Source of the DNA: a virus
DNA length: 64,000 nucleotides
Strand: one strand, 5' to 3'
IMG/VR virus record: IMGVR_UViG_3300017971_000201
Coordinates: 95,665 to 159,664 of that record
The notes beneath the pieces were generated by a model. The model saw only the letters and a list, made by a program, of their open reading frames with translations. It searched no databases and had not been told where the DNA came from. The translations under genes and the position numbers were made by a program. Below, piece by piece: positions 18,607 through 27,900 of the stretch (position 1 is its first letter; the number at the start of each line of letters is the position of its first letter).

Positions 18607-19406
18607 CCGAAGAGAACGACAAGCCAGCGATCACCGCAGCTACCCGCACCCAGGGCCGGCTCACGTTCCAGTACTACGGCCTCCGCCGGCACTGGACATG
18701 GACGCTCTCTCACAAGACCCGGGATCTCGTCTCCGCGATGCGCGGCGCATGGGGCAGTGACGTGGACATCGTGACGATGCTCGGCGCCGGCCCGCGCGCG
18801 CCCTATCAGGACTGGCAGCGATTCGACTCCACGTACGAGGTCGTGGATCTCGGCCGGAACAGGAAGAAGGCCGAGGAGATCATCGCCGAGCTGAAGCGGG
18901 AGGCGAGCGCAGAGAAAGATCTCCGTGCTCACGTGGCCCGAGACCTCGCGCATGAGACCAGAGAGTCTGTGGAGGGTTTCGTGCAGCGTTGCAAGGATCT
19001 CCAGGAGTCAGTCGGTCAATCGATCTCGCGGCGCGGTCTCCTGTGGACGGCGTACGAGAAGGATCTCAACAGCGTGGCCACCACCGACTTCCAGAGAGAG
19101 TGGGCCGAGAAGCTACTCAAGGAGAAACCAGAGGGTCCGCTGATCAGCGCCCTCCGCATGGCGCTGGCCGAAGCGAAGAAGGAGCTGCTCGCTGGTGATA
19201 CCGTGGGACGCAAGACCTGGAACGCGAAGGACGTCGAGCACGCCATCGCGGCCACCAAGGGTTGCGCGCTCGTCGCTTGGGTCGGGAAGCTCTCCGACTG
19301 GATCAGGGAGTGGATGAGCTGGGAAGAGGCCAAGCAGAGGGTGTCCGACCGCAAACTCGGCGTCTTAGCCAACAGGATCATCGAGAAGACCGGCGAGATC
19401 AGCTGA
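18603..19406 (+). CDS. hypothetical protein
   Basis: Coupled 267-aa ORF. Confidence 0.7.
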   Translation: MTEENDKPAITAATRTQGRLTFQYYGLRRHWTWTLSHKTRDLVSAMRGAWGSDVDIVTMLGAGPRAPYQDWQRFDSTYEVVDLGRNRKKAEEIIAELKREASAEKDLRAHVARDLAHETRESVEGFVQRCKDLQESVGQSISRRGLLWTAYEKDLNSVATTDFQREWAEKLLKEKPEGPLISALRMALAEAKKELLAGDTVGRKTWNAKDVEHAIAATKGCALVAWVGKLSDWIREWMSWEEAKQRVSDRKLGVLANRIIEKTGEIS

Positions 19407-19436
19407 GGCCGGTGGTAGAACTCGGTAGGAGAGCAG

Positions 19437-19829
19437 ATGGGTAGGGACAAGAACTGGAGCGAGGCCAACGAGTTTGAGGCTGCCCCGTGCCCGATGCCGG
19501 CATGCGATGGCCATCTGGCCGCGCTCTACAGCGTCACCATGTCGGCGCCCTACCCATGGGAGCAGGTCGGCTTCACGAAGTCGTCGATCAAGACCTCTCG
19601 CGTGCAGATCGTGGCCGCCGCCTGGGAGCTGGCCCAGCCCTTCTGCCCGAGCTGCGGCTGGCGCGAGCGCGAGCGGCGGGAGAGCGCCAAGAGCGAGGCG
19701 ATCTTGCGGTTGATGCGGGCGCTCATCCTGCGTGGCGTGAGCGCGGCCGAGATCCAGGCGATCGTCGGCGATTCGACCAGCACGATCGACGTGATGGCCG
19801 CGACTCACCCCGATCCGAGCGACGACTAG
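19437..19829 (+). CDS. Zn-ribbon hypothetical protein
   Basis: CPMPAC and CPSC; GGTAGAAC box and AGGAG upstream. Confidence 0.7.
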   Translation: MGRDKNWSEANEFEAAPCPMPACDGHLAALYSVTMSAPYPWEQVGFTKSSIKTSRVQIVAAAWELAQPFCPSCGWRERERRESAKSEAILRLMRALILRGVSAAEIQAIVGDSTSTIDVMAATHPDPSDD

Positions 19830-21301
19830 CTGCCTCCGTAGAGCTTCCAGATCGGGTAGCTCTTGTAGCTGGTCTGCTTCTTCTGCGGCGGCCACTGCTT
19901 CAGCGGCTCGTGCTTCGTCGGCTTCTTGGGGACCGGCGAGATGACGATCCGGCTCGGGCCGACTGACGCGCCTGACTTCCCGATGGGCACCGTCTTCGGC
20001 TTGACCGGCGTCCGCAGCGCCGAGATCGGAAGCGGCTTCTTCACATCGCCGACCGGCTTCCACATCCGCTTGATGACTGGGAGCAGCTTCTCGACAACCT
20101 CTTCCATCCGGTAGCTCCGCTTGATCGCGGCACGCAGTGGGATCCACTCGGAGCGCGCCATCTCATGGTCGGTCCCCGCGCCGGGTTTCCCGCCAGTGCG
20201 CCTCATCACGAAGTAGTGCGTCGTGTTCTCCCAGCGGAAGGCCATCGTCCTGATCTCATCGGCCTGGGAGTCGATGAACTTGGCCTCCTTCGGATACTGC
20301 TCCTTCAGCAGCTTCAGGACGAGTGGCAGGTCGTACTTGCCGAGATCACCGAACTTGCTCTTGGTGACGTGCGCCTTGCTGTTCGCGACCTTCGCGTGAA
20401 CACCGCTCTCCTCCTTGACCTCGCGGGACGCGCCTTTGGTCAGACCCTCGCCGATGTCGAGGCCCCCCTTCGGAAACACCCAGTAGGTGCCGTACTTGGG
20501 AGCGACCTGGCAGGCCAGGACTGGCAGCTCCCAGAGATCTGGACCCTCGAGCGTCCTGAAGACGATCCCACCGGCCGCGACGCGTGGGATGTACGACACC
20601 TTCTTCTTGAAGCCGTCCACCAGATCGCGGAGCTTCTGCTGCTCGGGCGAGAGCTTCGTCTTCTTCGGTGGCAGATTCCTCGACGACTTCTTGCCGCCGC
20701 CCACGCCCCACCAGCCGGTCTGCTGAATGTCCTCGTCGCCCCAGCTGACTCCGGCGAACGGGTCGTCTGCGATGGCCTTCTTCCACGCCTTCGATGACAG
20801 CTTGCTGCCACCGCCCCGGCCCTTCTGCTTCTCCTTCGACTTCTGGCCCTTCCTCCGGTAGTGGGCCACGCCCAGCTTGACCAGGAGCTTCATCCGCTCC
20901 TCGTCGTTGCCCACCCAGGCGGCTGTGTGCGGCAGGTCTCCCTTGCGGCCGGCGCGCTCGAGGTGGCGCTTGAGGTTGCCGTCGGTGATGTAGATCCGAT
21001 CGAGCGCCCAGCGGCCGACCTCGGTCTCGACGAAGCTCGGCACACGGAGCTTCTTCGGCCTCGCCTTCTTGCCGGCACCTCCACCGAACTTGCCTCCGGC
21101 CTCGAGCCACGCCTTCCAGGTGACGCCGGGCGGCTTGACGCCCTTCTTGAGCGCCTCCTTGGTGATCTCACCCGACTTGCCGGCCGGCGTCTTGTGACGT
21201 GGCACCGGCTTGAGCGGCTTGAGAGGGCGGCGGCGGCCGGAGCGACCAGTCTTTCCCCGGTAAGCCTCGAGCAGCGTGGTCAGCGTGGTCAGCGTGGTCA
21301 T
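19826..21301 (-). CDS. Nudix hydrolase with long basic N-terminal extension
   Basis: Complete Nudix box GGLDIGEGLTKGASREVKEESGV; AAGGIVF; MTTLTTLTTLLE leader. Confidence 0.9.
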   Translation of the reverse strand: MTTLTTLTTLLEAYRGKTGRSGRRRPLKPLKPVPRHKTPAGKSGEITKEALKKGVKPPGVTWKAWLEAGGKFGGGAGKKARPKKLRVPSFVETEVGRWALDRIYITDGNLKRHLERAGRKGDLPHTAAWVGNDEERMKLLVKLGVAHYRRKGQKSKEKQKGRGGGSKLSSKAWKKAIADDPFAGVSWGDEDIQQTGWWGVGGGKKSSRNLPPKKTKLSPEQQKLRDLVDGFKKKVSYIPRVAAGGIVFRTLEGPDLWELPVLACQVAPKYGTYWVFPKGGLDIGEGLTKGASREVKEESGVHAKVANSKAHVTKSKFGDLGKYDLPLVLKLLKEQYPKEAKFIDSQADEIRTMAFRWENTTHYFVMRRTGGKPGAGTDHEMARSEWIPLRAAIKRSYRMEEVVEKLLPVIKRMWKPVGDVKKPLPISALRTPVKPKTVPIGKSGASVGPSRIVISPVPKKPTKHEPLKQWPPQKKQTSYKSYPIWKLYGGS

Positions 21302-21341
21302 GCTCGCGATTCTAACGATCGGCGGGCTCGCGTGCGATCGT

Positions 21342-21857
21342 CTAGCCCCACCGCTTCTTCAGCTTGGCGTTCATCGGGTGCTCGATCGAGGTCTTCAGGA
21401 GACGGCTCACGCCGCTCCCGTCCCACTTGGAGCCCCGGCGCGTGCGGAGGAGCCGACCGTTCAGGTCGGCAGCGATCTGCTCGTGGGTCCATCCCTTCTT
21501 CTTCCCCTTGAGGATCCACCGCATGACGTCCTGCTCTTCCTTGGCGACCACGACACGCTCGCCGTGACGTCGCCAACCGAAGGGCGGTGTCCCGAAGGGA
21601 ACGTAGCCCTCCGGCCAAGGACGATCGTCATTCTTCTTTTCCTTCTCCTTCGGGCCGGCCTCCGGTGCGCTACCGGCGTCCTCACTCGCCAGCGCCTCGT
21701 GCTCGTCCGGGGCAGCGATCACGAAGTTCTCGGGCAGGTGCGGCACCATCGGCAGGACGGTGCTGAGACGAATGCGAAGATCGTGGCAGCAGTCATCGTC
21801 GGGCAGATGCAGAAGGATCAGCTCCATCTCGTCTGCGTCGAGCTTCAGGAAAGGCAT
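21342..21857 (-). CDS. serine-recombinase recombinase (DNA-binding) domain protein lacking the catalytic domain
   Basis: PPFGW...EEQDVMRWI...IAADLN..LRTRRGSKW..SGVSRLL. Confidence 0.7.
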   Translation of the reverse strand: MPFLKLDADEMELILLHLPDDDCCHDLRIRLSTVLPMVPHLPENFVIAAPDEHEALASEDAGSAPEAGPKEKEKKNDDRPWPEGYVPFGTPPFGWRRHGERVVVAKEEQDVMRWILKGKKKGWTHEQIAADLNGRLLRTRRGSKWDGSGVSRLLKTSIEHPMNAKLKKRWG

Positions 21858-21880
21858 GGGTCGAACCTCCTGGTGTGGTT

Positions 21881-22084
21881 CTACCCGGCGTTTCCACACT
21901 CCCGGACGTCGATCAGCTTCCTCAGCGCGCGGAAGGACTCGCGGCGAGGGTTGATGCCGAGGCGCAGAACCGATCGCGCGACGGCCATCATCTTGGTGCT
22001 CCCGTGAGCGAAGACCTCGTCCCGGAAGAACTGGGGCGTCTTCTCGTCGAGGTGCGTCAGGGCGATCAGGTAGTCCGGCTGCAT
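21881..22084 (-). CDS. hypothetical protein
   Basis: AGGAG RBS, 67 aa. Confidence 0.55.
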   Translation of the reverse strand: MQPDYLIALTHLDEKTPQFFRDEVFAHGSTKMMAVARSVLRLGINPRRESFRALRKLIDVRECGNAG

Positions 22085-22173
22085 GGTTCTCCTGCTCTTA
22101 CCCTAGACACCCGACACCAGACGTGCCCGTCACCCGATCGCAAGTTGCCTACAAGTCGGCTTGTGACAAGGAC

Positions 22174-22572
22174 TTACGTCTCAGATTCGCCGGACAGCCC
22201 ACGGCGCGGCCACGGCCGGCGGAGCGCGTCGAGTATCTGCTGCCGGCCGGTCAGCGGCCCCTCGTGTTCCGGCTCGTGCTCGGGCTCCGGCTCGGGCTCC
22301 GGCTCGGGCTCTGGGACCGGCCGCCTCCGACGACGTCTACAAGCCGGAGGACTCAGCTTGGGCAGCTCCCTGGGATGTTCCTTGTGGATCGGAAGCACCG
22401 CCGACTCGTACTCCTCCCACGTGTGACCGCCCGTGTGGATTACCCGCAGGAAGTCGGTGTAGATCGAACGCTCTTTGCGTCGGTACTTCTCCCAGATCCG
22501 CGTACAGTGCTCGTTAACGGCGTACTCGCCGTAGGCCCGGCGGGCAACCAGCTCCTTCTCGTGGTCGGTCAT
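22174..22572 (-). CDS. hypothetical protein with PE repeat
   Basis: Coupled ORF; PEPEPEPEPEPEHEPEHE. Confidence 0.5.
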   Translation of the reverse strand: MTDHEKELVARRAYGEYAVNEHCTRIWEKYRRKERSIYTDFLRVIHTGGHTWEEYESAVLPIHKEHPRELPKLSPPACRRRRRRPVPEPEPEPEPEPEHEPEHEGPLTGRQQILDALRRPWPRRGLSGESET

Positions 22573-22940
22573 CGGTAAGGATCGATCCCGACCTCGCCGT
22601 AGCGCGTGCTGACGAACCCGTCGCGCCCGCACGTGAGCGACTCTCGCTCCGCGCGTCTGAGGAGATCGCCGAGCCGGTCGACGACGCTCGCGTTCGGATC
22701 AGGGATGATGGTGAGGCCGAGCTGGAGGAAGATCTCGCCGCCCTCGCGCTCGTCAACCGAACCGCACTGCAAGTAGACCTCGCCCTCCGGCTTGACCACC
22801 GAGCCAAACAGCGTTCGCACCAGGTCGCGGATCGTGCGATCCGGCGAGAACGACTTCGGCTTAGGCTCCGGCTGCGTCAGAGGAGTCTGCTGCCTCACCC
22901 CCTTCTTCCGCCTCGCCTTCTTCCGCTTCTTCCGCGCCAT
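22569..22940 (-). CDS. hypothetical protein with tag motif
   Basis: SVVDRLGDLL. Confidence 0.6.
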   Translation of the reverse strand: MARKKRKKARRKKGVRQQTPLTQPEPKPKSFSPDRTIRDLVRTLFGSVVKPEGEVYLQCGSVDEREGGEIFLQLGLTIIPDPNASVVDRLGDLLRRAERESLTCGRDGFVSTRYGEVGIDPYR

Positions 22941-23379
22941 CGAGGTAGACCGCCTTTCGAGCCCTCGCCACCGCCGCCTCGGCCACGCGGAGAGCCTGTT
23001 CCATGTTCAGCACGGCCGCTTCGGCCTGCTTCACACGTCGGTCGATATAGAGAACCGTCGCCATCTCCTTGGCCGACATGATCTCAGCTGAGAACAAGCC
23101 GGCCGCAGCTATCCGATCTGGGTTCATGCCCTTCCATCGCCGGAGACGGTCGATCTCTTCCAGCATGATCAGCCATCCGTGGACCGTCAACGAGCGCGTT
23201 TTCCCCTTCTGCTGTCCGACTGCGGCCATCGAATCGAACATGACCTTCTTCTGGATCGCGTAGTCGTCGCCGCTCCAGCCGCGAGGTGGAGCGTAGTGCT
23301 GGTAGGCCGCGTGAAACAGGTCGTCGAGCAGCAGTCGCCAGGTCTTGATGCCGAGTGTGATCGCAACGGTCACGGTCAC
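22861..23379 (-). CDS. hypothetical protein
   Basis: Coupled 172-aa ORF. Confidence 0.55.
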   Translation of the reverse strand: MTVTVAITLGIKTWRLLLDDLFHAAYQHYAPPRGWSGDDYAIQKKVMFDSMAAVGQQKGKTRSLTVHGWLIMLEEIDRLRRWKGMNPDRIAAAGLFSAEIMSAKEMATVLYIDRRVKQAEAAVLNMEQALRVAEAAVARARKAVYLDGAEEAEEGEAEEGGEAADSSDAAGA

Positions 23380-23963
23380 GCGTCATCGCCCTCGGTCTCG
23401 GTCTCGGTCTCGCCGAGCTGCTCGCGGATGGCCTTCATGTACCAGATGTTCTTGATCTCGTCGTCGGTGATCTCACGCACATCGTCAGGCGACTTGATCG
23501 GTCCCCAGAAGGAGCCACATCCGAAGAAGATCTTGCCGAGCGACGGTACGAAGATCGCCGGGTTGCCGTGTCCCAGGCTGATCTGAAGGAGTCCGGTGAC
23601 GTCGTCGTGCCGGAGGCTCATGCCGATCGGCAGATCGCCCAGGAGGATGCCGAAGAAGGTCTTGCCCTCGTACTCCTTTCGACACGACCGGACACTGACG
23701 AAAGTCCCCGGCTTGCGGAGGCCGCGCCCATGCTCGTCCAGCCACTCCATCAGCAAGTTCTCGGCCATGATCCCGGTAACCTCGATGGGGAACCGGAACT
23801 CCTGGGACGGGCGGCTGCCGACCTCGGCCATCTCGCCTTCGATGGTCTCGGGATCGACCTCGCCGAGGAGGCTCTCGCAGAGCACGCGGTGCGCCTCCTC
23901 AGCCTGCTGGATTCGGTAGAGGCTGGCCATGATCCGCTCGCGGGGAGAGAGTTCGTCCGACAT
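23376..23963 (-). CDS. hypothetical phage protein
   Basis: AGGAGG RBS; KTFFGILLGD, NPAIFVP, GCGSFWGPIKS. Confidence 0.7.
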   Translation of the reverse strand: MSDELSPRERIMASLYRIQQAEEAHRVLCESLLGEVDPETIEGEMAEVGSRPSQEFRFPIEVTGIMAENLLMEWLDEHGRGLRKPGTFVSVRSCRKEYEGKTFFGILLGDLPIGMSLRHDDVTGLLQISLGHGNPAIFVPSLGKIFFGCGSFWGPIKSPDDVREITDDEIKNIWYMKAIREQLGETETETEGDDA

Positions 23964-24012
23964 CGATCCTCCTAGAGCGCCTCGCTCACGGTGGCGTTCT
24001 ACCCTCGTTCGC

Positions 24013-24369
24013 CTATCGGTTGTCACCCTCGCCGTGTAGCACGCCACGGTCTTTTCGATCGGACAGCTTGGCGACATTGGCCTCCAGCACCTCGTTGACG
24101 CTGAAGCCAAGCTCGGTGCAGACCTGGGAGAAGTACCAGGCGATGTCGCCTAGCTCGCCCTTGATCGCCGGGTCTTCGCAGAGCGTCATCAGGTTCTCGC
24201 CGCCCCGGAGCCGCTTCTTGAGCTTCTCGGCGAACTCGCCGAGTTCGCCCATCAGGCCGAGGACCGTGTAGACGATCCGAACGTCGTCCTTGTCCATCGG
24301 CGGTACCGAGTCCACGTAGATCGCGGTGCCCCGCGCCCTCGCCTGGTAGATGTCTCCGTCCATGCTCAA
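24013..24369 (-). CDS. MazG-like nucleoside triphosphate pyrophosphohydrolase
   Basis: GLMGELGEFAEKLKK...GELGDIAWY...NVAKLSDR. Confidence 0.9.
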   Translation of the reverse strand: MSMDGDIYQARARGTAIYVDSVPPMDKDDVRIVYTVLGLMGELGEFAEKLKKRLRGGENLMTLCEDPAIKGELGDIAWYFSQVCTELGFSVNEVLEANVAKLSDRKDRGVLHGEGDNR

Positions 24370-24830
24370 TCTCCTGGTGGTGTCAGAGCGCCCAGCGCGT
24401 CGATCGCATCCAGGTGCTCGGTGAGTCCGAGCTGGAGAACGCGTTCCAGCTCGTCGGCGAACTCGCCACGATACCGCATGGAAAAGAATCGGAACGCGTC
24501 GAGCGTCGCCGTCATACAGATACTCAGCTGGGCCACCGATCGCCGTTGGATCTCCTCGGTACTAAGGTCCAAGGAGGCGAACCTGGGCCGAGTCGGGTGG
24601 TAGCCACCGCGCACTCGTACAGTCTTCGGCTCCGCAGCCGTCCGCATCGAGTGTAGAGCGGTGCTCACCTGAGCTGCACTCCGCCGAACATCGTCGTATC
24701 CAGGCTCTCGGCCGCGCGCGTTCAGGTAGCCGCCGACGCCATCGAAGACGGCTGCGAGCTTCTTCCAGCTCACGCCTCGCGCGATGCACTTGTCGAAGAG
24801 GCCCTGTAGGCCGACGATGCGGTCTTCCAC
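24366..24830 (-). CDS. hypothetical protein with C-terminal tag motif
   Basis: DAIDALGAL; TAGAAC 6 nt before GTG. Confidence 0.65.
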   Translation of the reverse strand: MEDRIVGLQGLFDKCIARGVSWKKLAAVFDGVGGYLNARGREPGYDDVRRSAAQVSTALHSMRTAAEPKTVRVRGGYHPTRPRFASLDLSTEEIQRRSVAQLSICMTATLDAFRFFSMRYRGEFADELERVLQLGLTEHLDAIDALGALTPPGD

Positions 24831-24906
24831 AATGAGGTTCTACCCAGCGCAGCGGACACCGGAACCGAGCTGAGCATCTCGACACGGTTGCCGAGATCTA
24901 AACGAC

Positions 24907-27900
24907 TTACGATCGCGTCGTCTTCAGCTTCCGCCGCCTCGCGGGCGGCGTCAGCGCAGACCTCGGATCCTCCACGGGAGCGGTTCCCACGCCCGTGCGC
25001 GACGAGCCCTGGACCGGTGAGCTGTAGCGGCTCGGGAAGTCCACCGACTCCTGCTTCGCGACGTGGGCGTAGATGACCTCCTCGGCGTCATGCGGATCCA
25101 GCCCGAGCTTCTCGGCGTAGGCGTGGAACTTGTCATCGTCGAGACCAGGGTTCGCCTTCACGAAGGCGACCAGCTTCGCCTTCTGCTTCGCCGTCGGATC
25201 GTCCTCCTCCTCGACGCCGGCCTCCTTCTCCATCCTCTTCAGTCTGGTGTAGTAGTCCGGGATCTCCGCGAGGTGGTCCATCGCGATCTCTTGGGCCTTG
25301 GCCCGCATCTCCGCCTTGGAGTAGCCGCCACCGACCAGGTGCTCCTTCTCGACCTCGATCCCCATCGCCAGCTCTTTGGCGTCGAAGTCGCTCGGCTTCT
25401 TTCCCTTGGCCTTGCCGCCAGGAATCTCCTCGGCCTCGCAGAGCGCGCAGCGAACACCGAGCGTCACCAGCTCGCGGCGCTCGAGCACGGACGACAGGCT
25501 GTCACCGAACAGATCCTCGTCCTCACGCAGGTCCACCCGCTTGTCAGGCGCCATGAACGTGCGGAAGCGGTCCATGATGTCCTTCGTGAGCTTGTAGCGG
25601 CTCTGGATCTGGTGCCCCTTGCCGATGTAGGCCGCGAAGATCTCGGCGAAGTCCTCGTAGCGCTTCGACGCGCCGTAGACGCTGGGGAAGTCGCCGGTCT
25701 CCTTCCCCTTCTCGGTCGGCTGCTTCGCCAGACCGAAGTACCAGGCGTAGGTCTTCCGGCGCGCGCGCGGGATCTCTCGGTAGTAGTAGTGGTGGCCCAG
25801 CTCGTGGACCATCGTGGTCATGATCTTGGCCGGCTCCTTCTTCGCGCCGATCGAGTTGACGAAGATCTCGACAATCTTCGTCTTCATGTCGTAGTTGCCG
25901 AGCACCCCGGGATGGCCGGCCCGCAGGTGCATCGTCACGTTCGGCAGCATGAAGCCGAAACCGCGCTTCTTGAGCAGGCCCACAGCATCCTTGCAGGCCA
26001 CCGCGTATCGGTCCCAGGTCTCCTGGTCGACCCCGAGATCGTTGAACAGCATGATGCCATTCACCTTCGCCTGCTTGGGACCTGGCTCGCCGGTCGCCCA
26101 CGGCAGTTTCGCTGGCTTCTTCGCGGCCTTCGCGATCTGCACGAGCGGAGATGGCGGCTTCTTCCCCTTCTTCTTCTCCGACTTCATCGAGGCCAGCGCG
26201 CCCTTGAGCGTCGCGCCGTCGCCCCGGTAACGGTAGTGCGGCTTCGGCTGGCCCTGGAGCTTGACCGTGAACGAACCATCCGAGCGCGGACGGACCTTGA
26301 ACTTGCCACCACCCTTGAACGAGAAGTCGAAGCCCTTGGGTGATGCCGAGTACTTGTCGACCTTGAGCGACTTGCCGGCCAGCTTGCTCGAGACCGACTC
26401 CACATCCTTGACCAGCGCCTTGGCATCCTTGGGACCGGCCTTGCTCTTGGTAGCCGTCGCCTCGGTCAGCCCATCGGACACGGTTGCACCGAGCGGAACC
26501 TGGTACTTCTCGTGGCCCCACAACTCCAGGTCAGTCACCTTCCAGCTCCCTTCGGGCCGGTAGCCGGTGTAAGCCGGCTCGCCCGGGTTGATGTAGGCCA
26601 GCGTCGCGTGTGCCTTGAACTGCTCGGCATAGCCCTTCTTCGGGTCCTCGTCCGGCCCGTAAGTGTGCGCGATCGGAATACCCGCCTGCTCGGCCGCCTT
26701 ACGAAGAGCCTCGTGCAGGCTGTTGAGACTCGACTGCTCCGGCCAGGCGGAGCCGATCATGTGTGGGATCGTCTGGCCGTCGTTGTTCGTGAACTCTCCG
26801 TAACCGCCCATCCGCATCAGGAACGGCTCATGGGAGCGCGCGACCCTGCCGACCGCGTCGACCAGTTTCCCGTAGTCAGCTGGGGAGAGGTCGCCGGCGT
26901 AGAGCACCGTGAAGTGAGGAACCGAGTCGTCCTCCTCGCTCTTGTCCGGGAAGTAGCGGGCCAAGTTCGACGGAACCGGAAGGAAGACGCCGCAGGACAT
27001 CGTCCCGTCCCTGTTGACCTCACGCTCCTCGGTCCGCACGCCGTCTGGGTGCCCGTGAATCCGCCTACGGACCTCCTGCCACATCTCGTCGTCGACCGGC
27101 CGCTCGTGCGCGGCGACGATCTCGTCAGCGAGCCTCTGGTCCTCGGCGCTGAGATCTTCTGTCAGAGACCCGACAACCCGCTCGAACAGCGTTGCCCCGT
27201 CCGGGTCGATCGACTCGCCCCAGTCGGCCATCGTGGACGTGTCGGGGATCATGGCCATCAGCTTGGCGATGTCGGCCTTCGTGACGCCCTTCTTCTTGGC
27301 CGCCTTCTTCTTGGCCGCCTTCTTCTTGGTGGTCTTCTTCTTGGTGGTCTTCTTCTTGGTGGTCTTCTTCTTGGTGGTCTTCTTCGCCTTCGGCTTCTCC
27401 GGCTCGGGGGCCGGCGGCGGCACAGGCTTGGGTTCTGGGGGAGGCTTGGGCAGCGGGGCCGGCGGACCTTCCTCTTCGCCCTCCTTCGGCGGCGGCAGGA
27501 CCCACGTCAACGCCTTCTTCGCGCGCGTGATCGCCACGTACTTCAGGTTCTCTTCCTGCTGGATCTGAACCGGGTCCTCCGACTTCAGCGCCATCGGCAG
27601 CGGCAGCAGGTCGGGCCGCTGGATGAAGACGTTGTCCGCCTCGAGCCCCTTCGCCTTGTGCACCGAGGAGAAGTTGATGGCCGGTGTCGGGTCCGACACG
27701 AACAACTGCTGGACCACCTTGACCAGATCGCCGGCGACCTTCACATCGCCCTTCGACATAAGCGCCTGGAGGCAGTCGCGCTTGTCGTCGAGACCCTGGA
27801 GCAGGTGCTCCTTCTTCTCGGCCGTGAGCCGCTTCGTCTCCTTCATGTGCCAGTCCTGCACCTTCGCAGCGAACTGGTCAATTGGCATGGTCTTGTGGCC

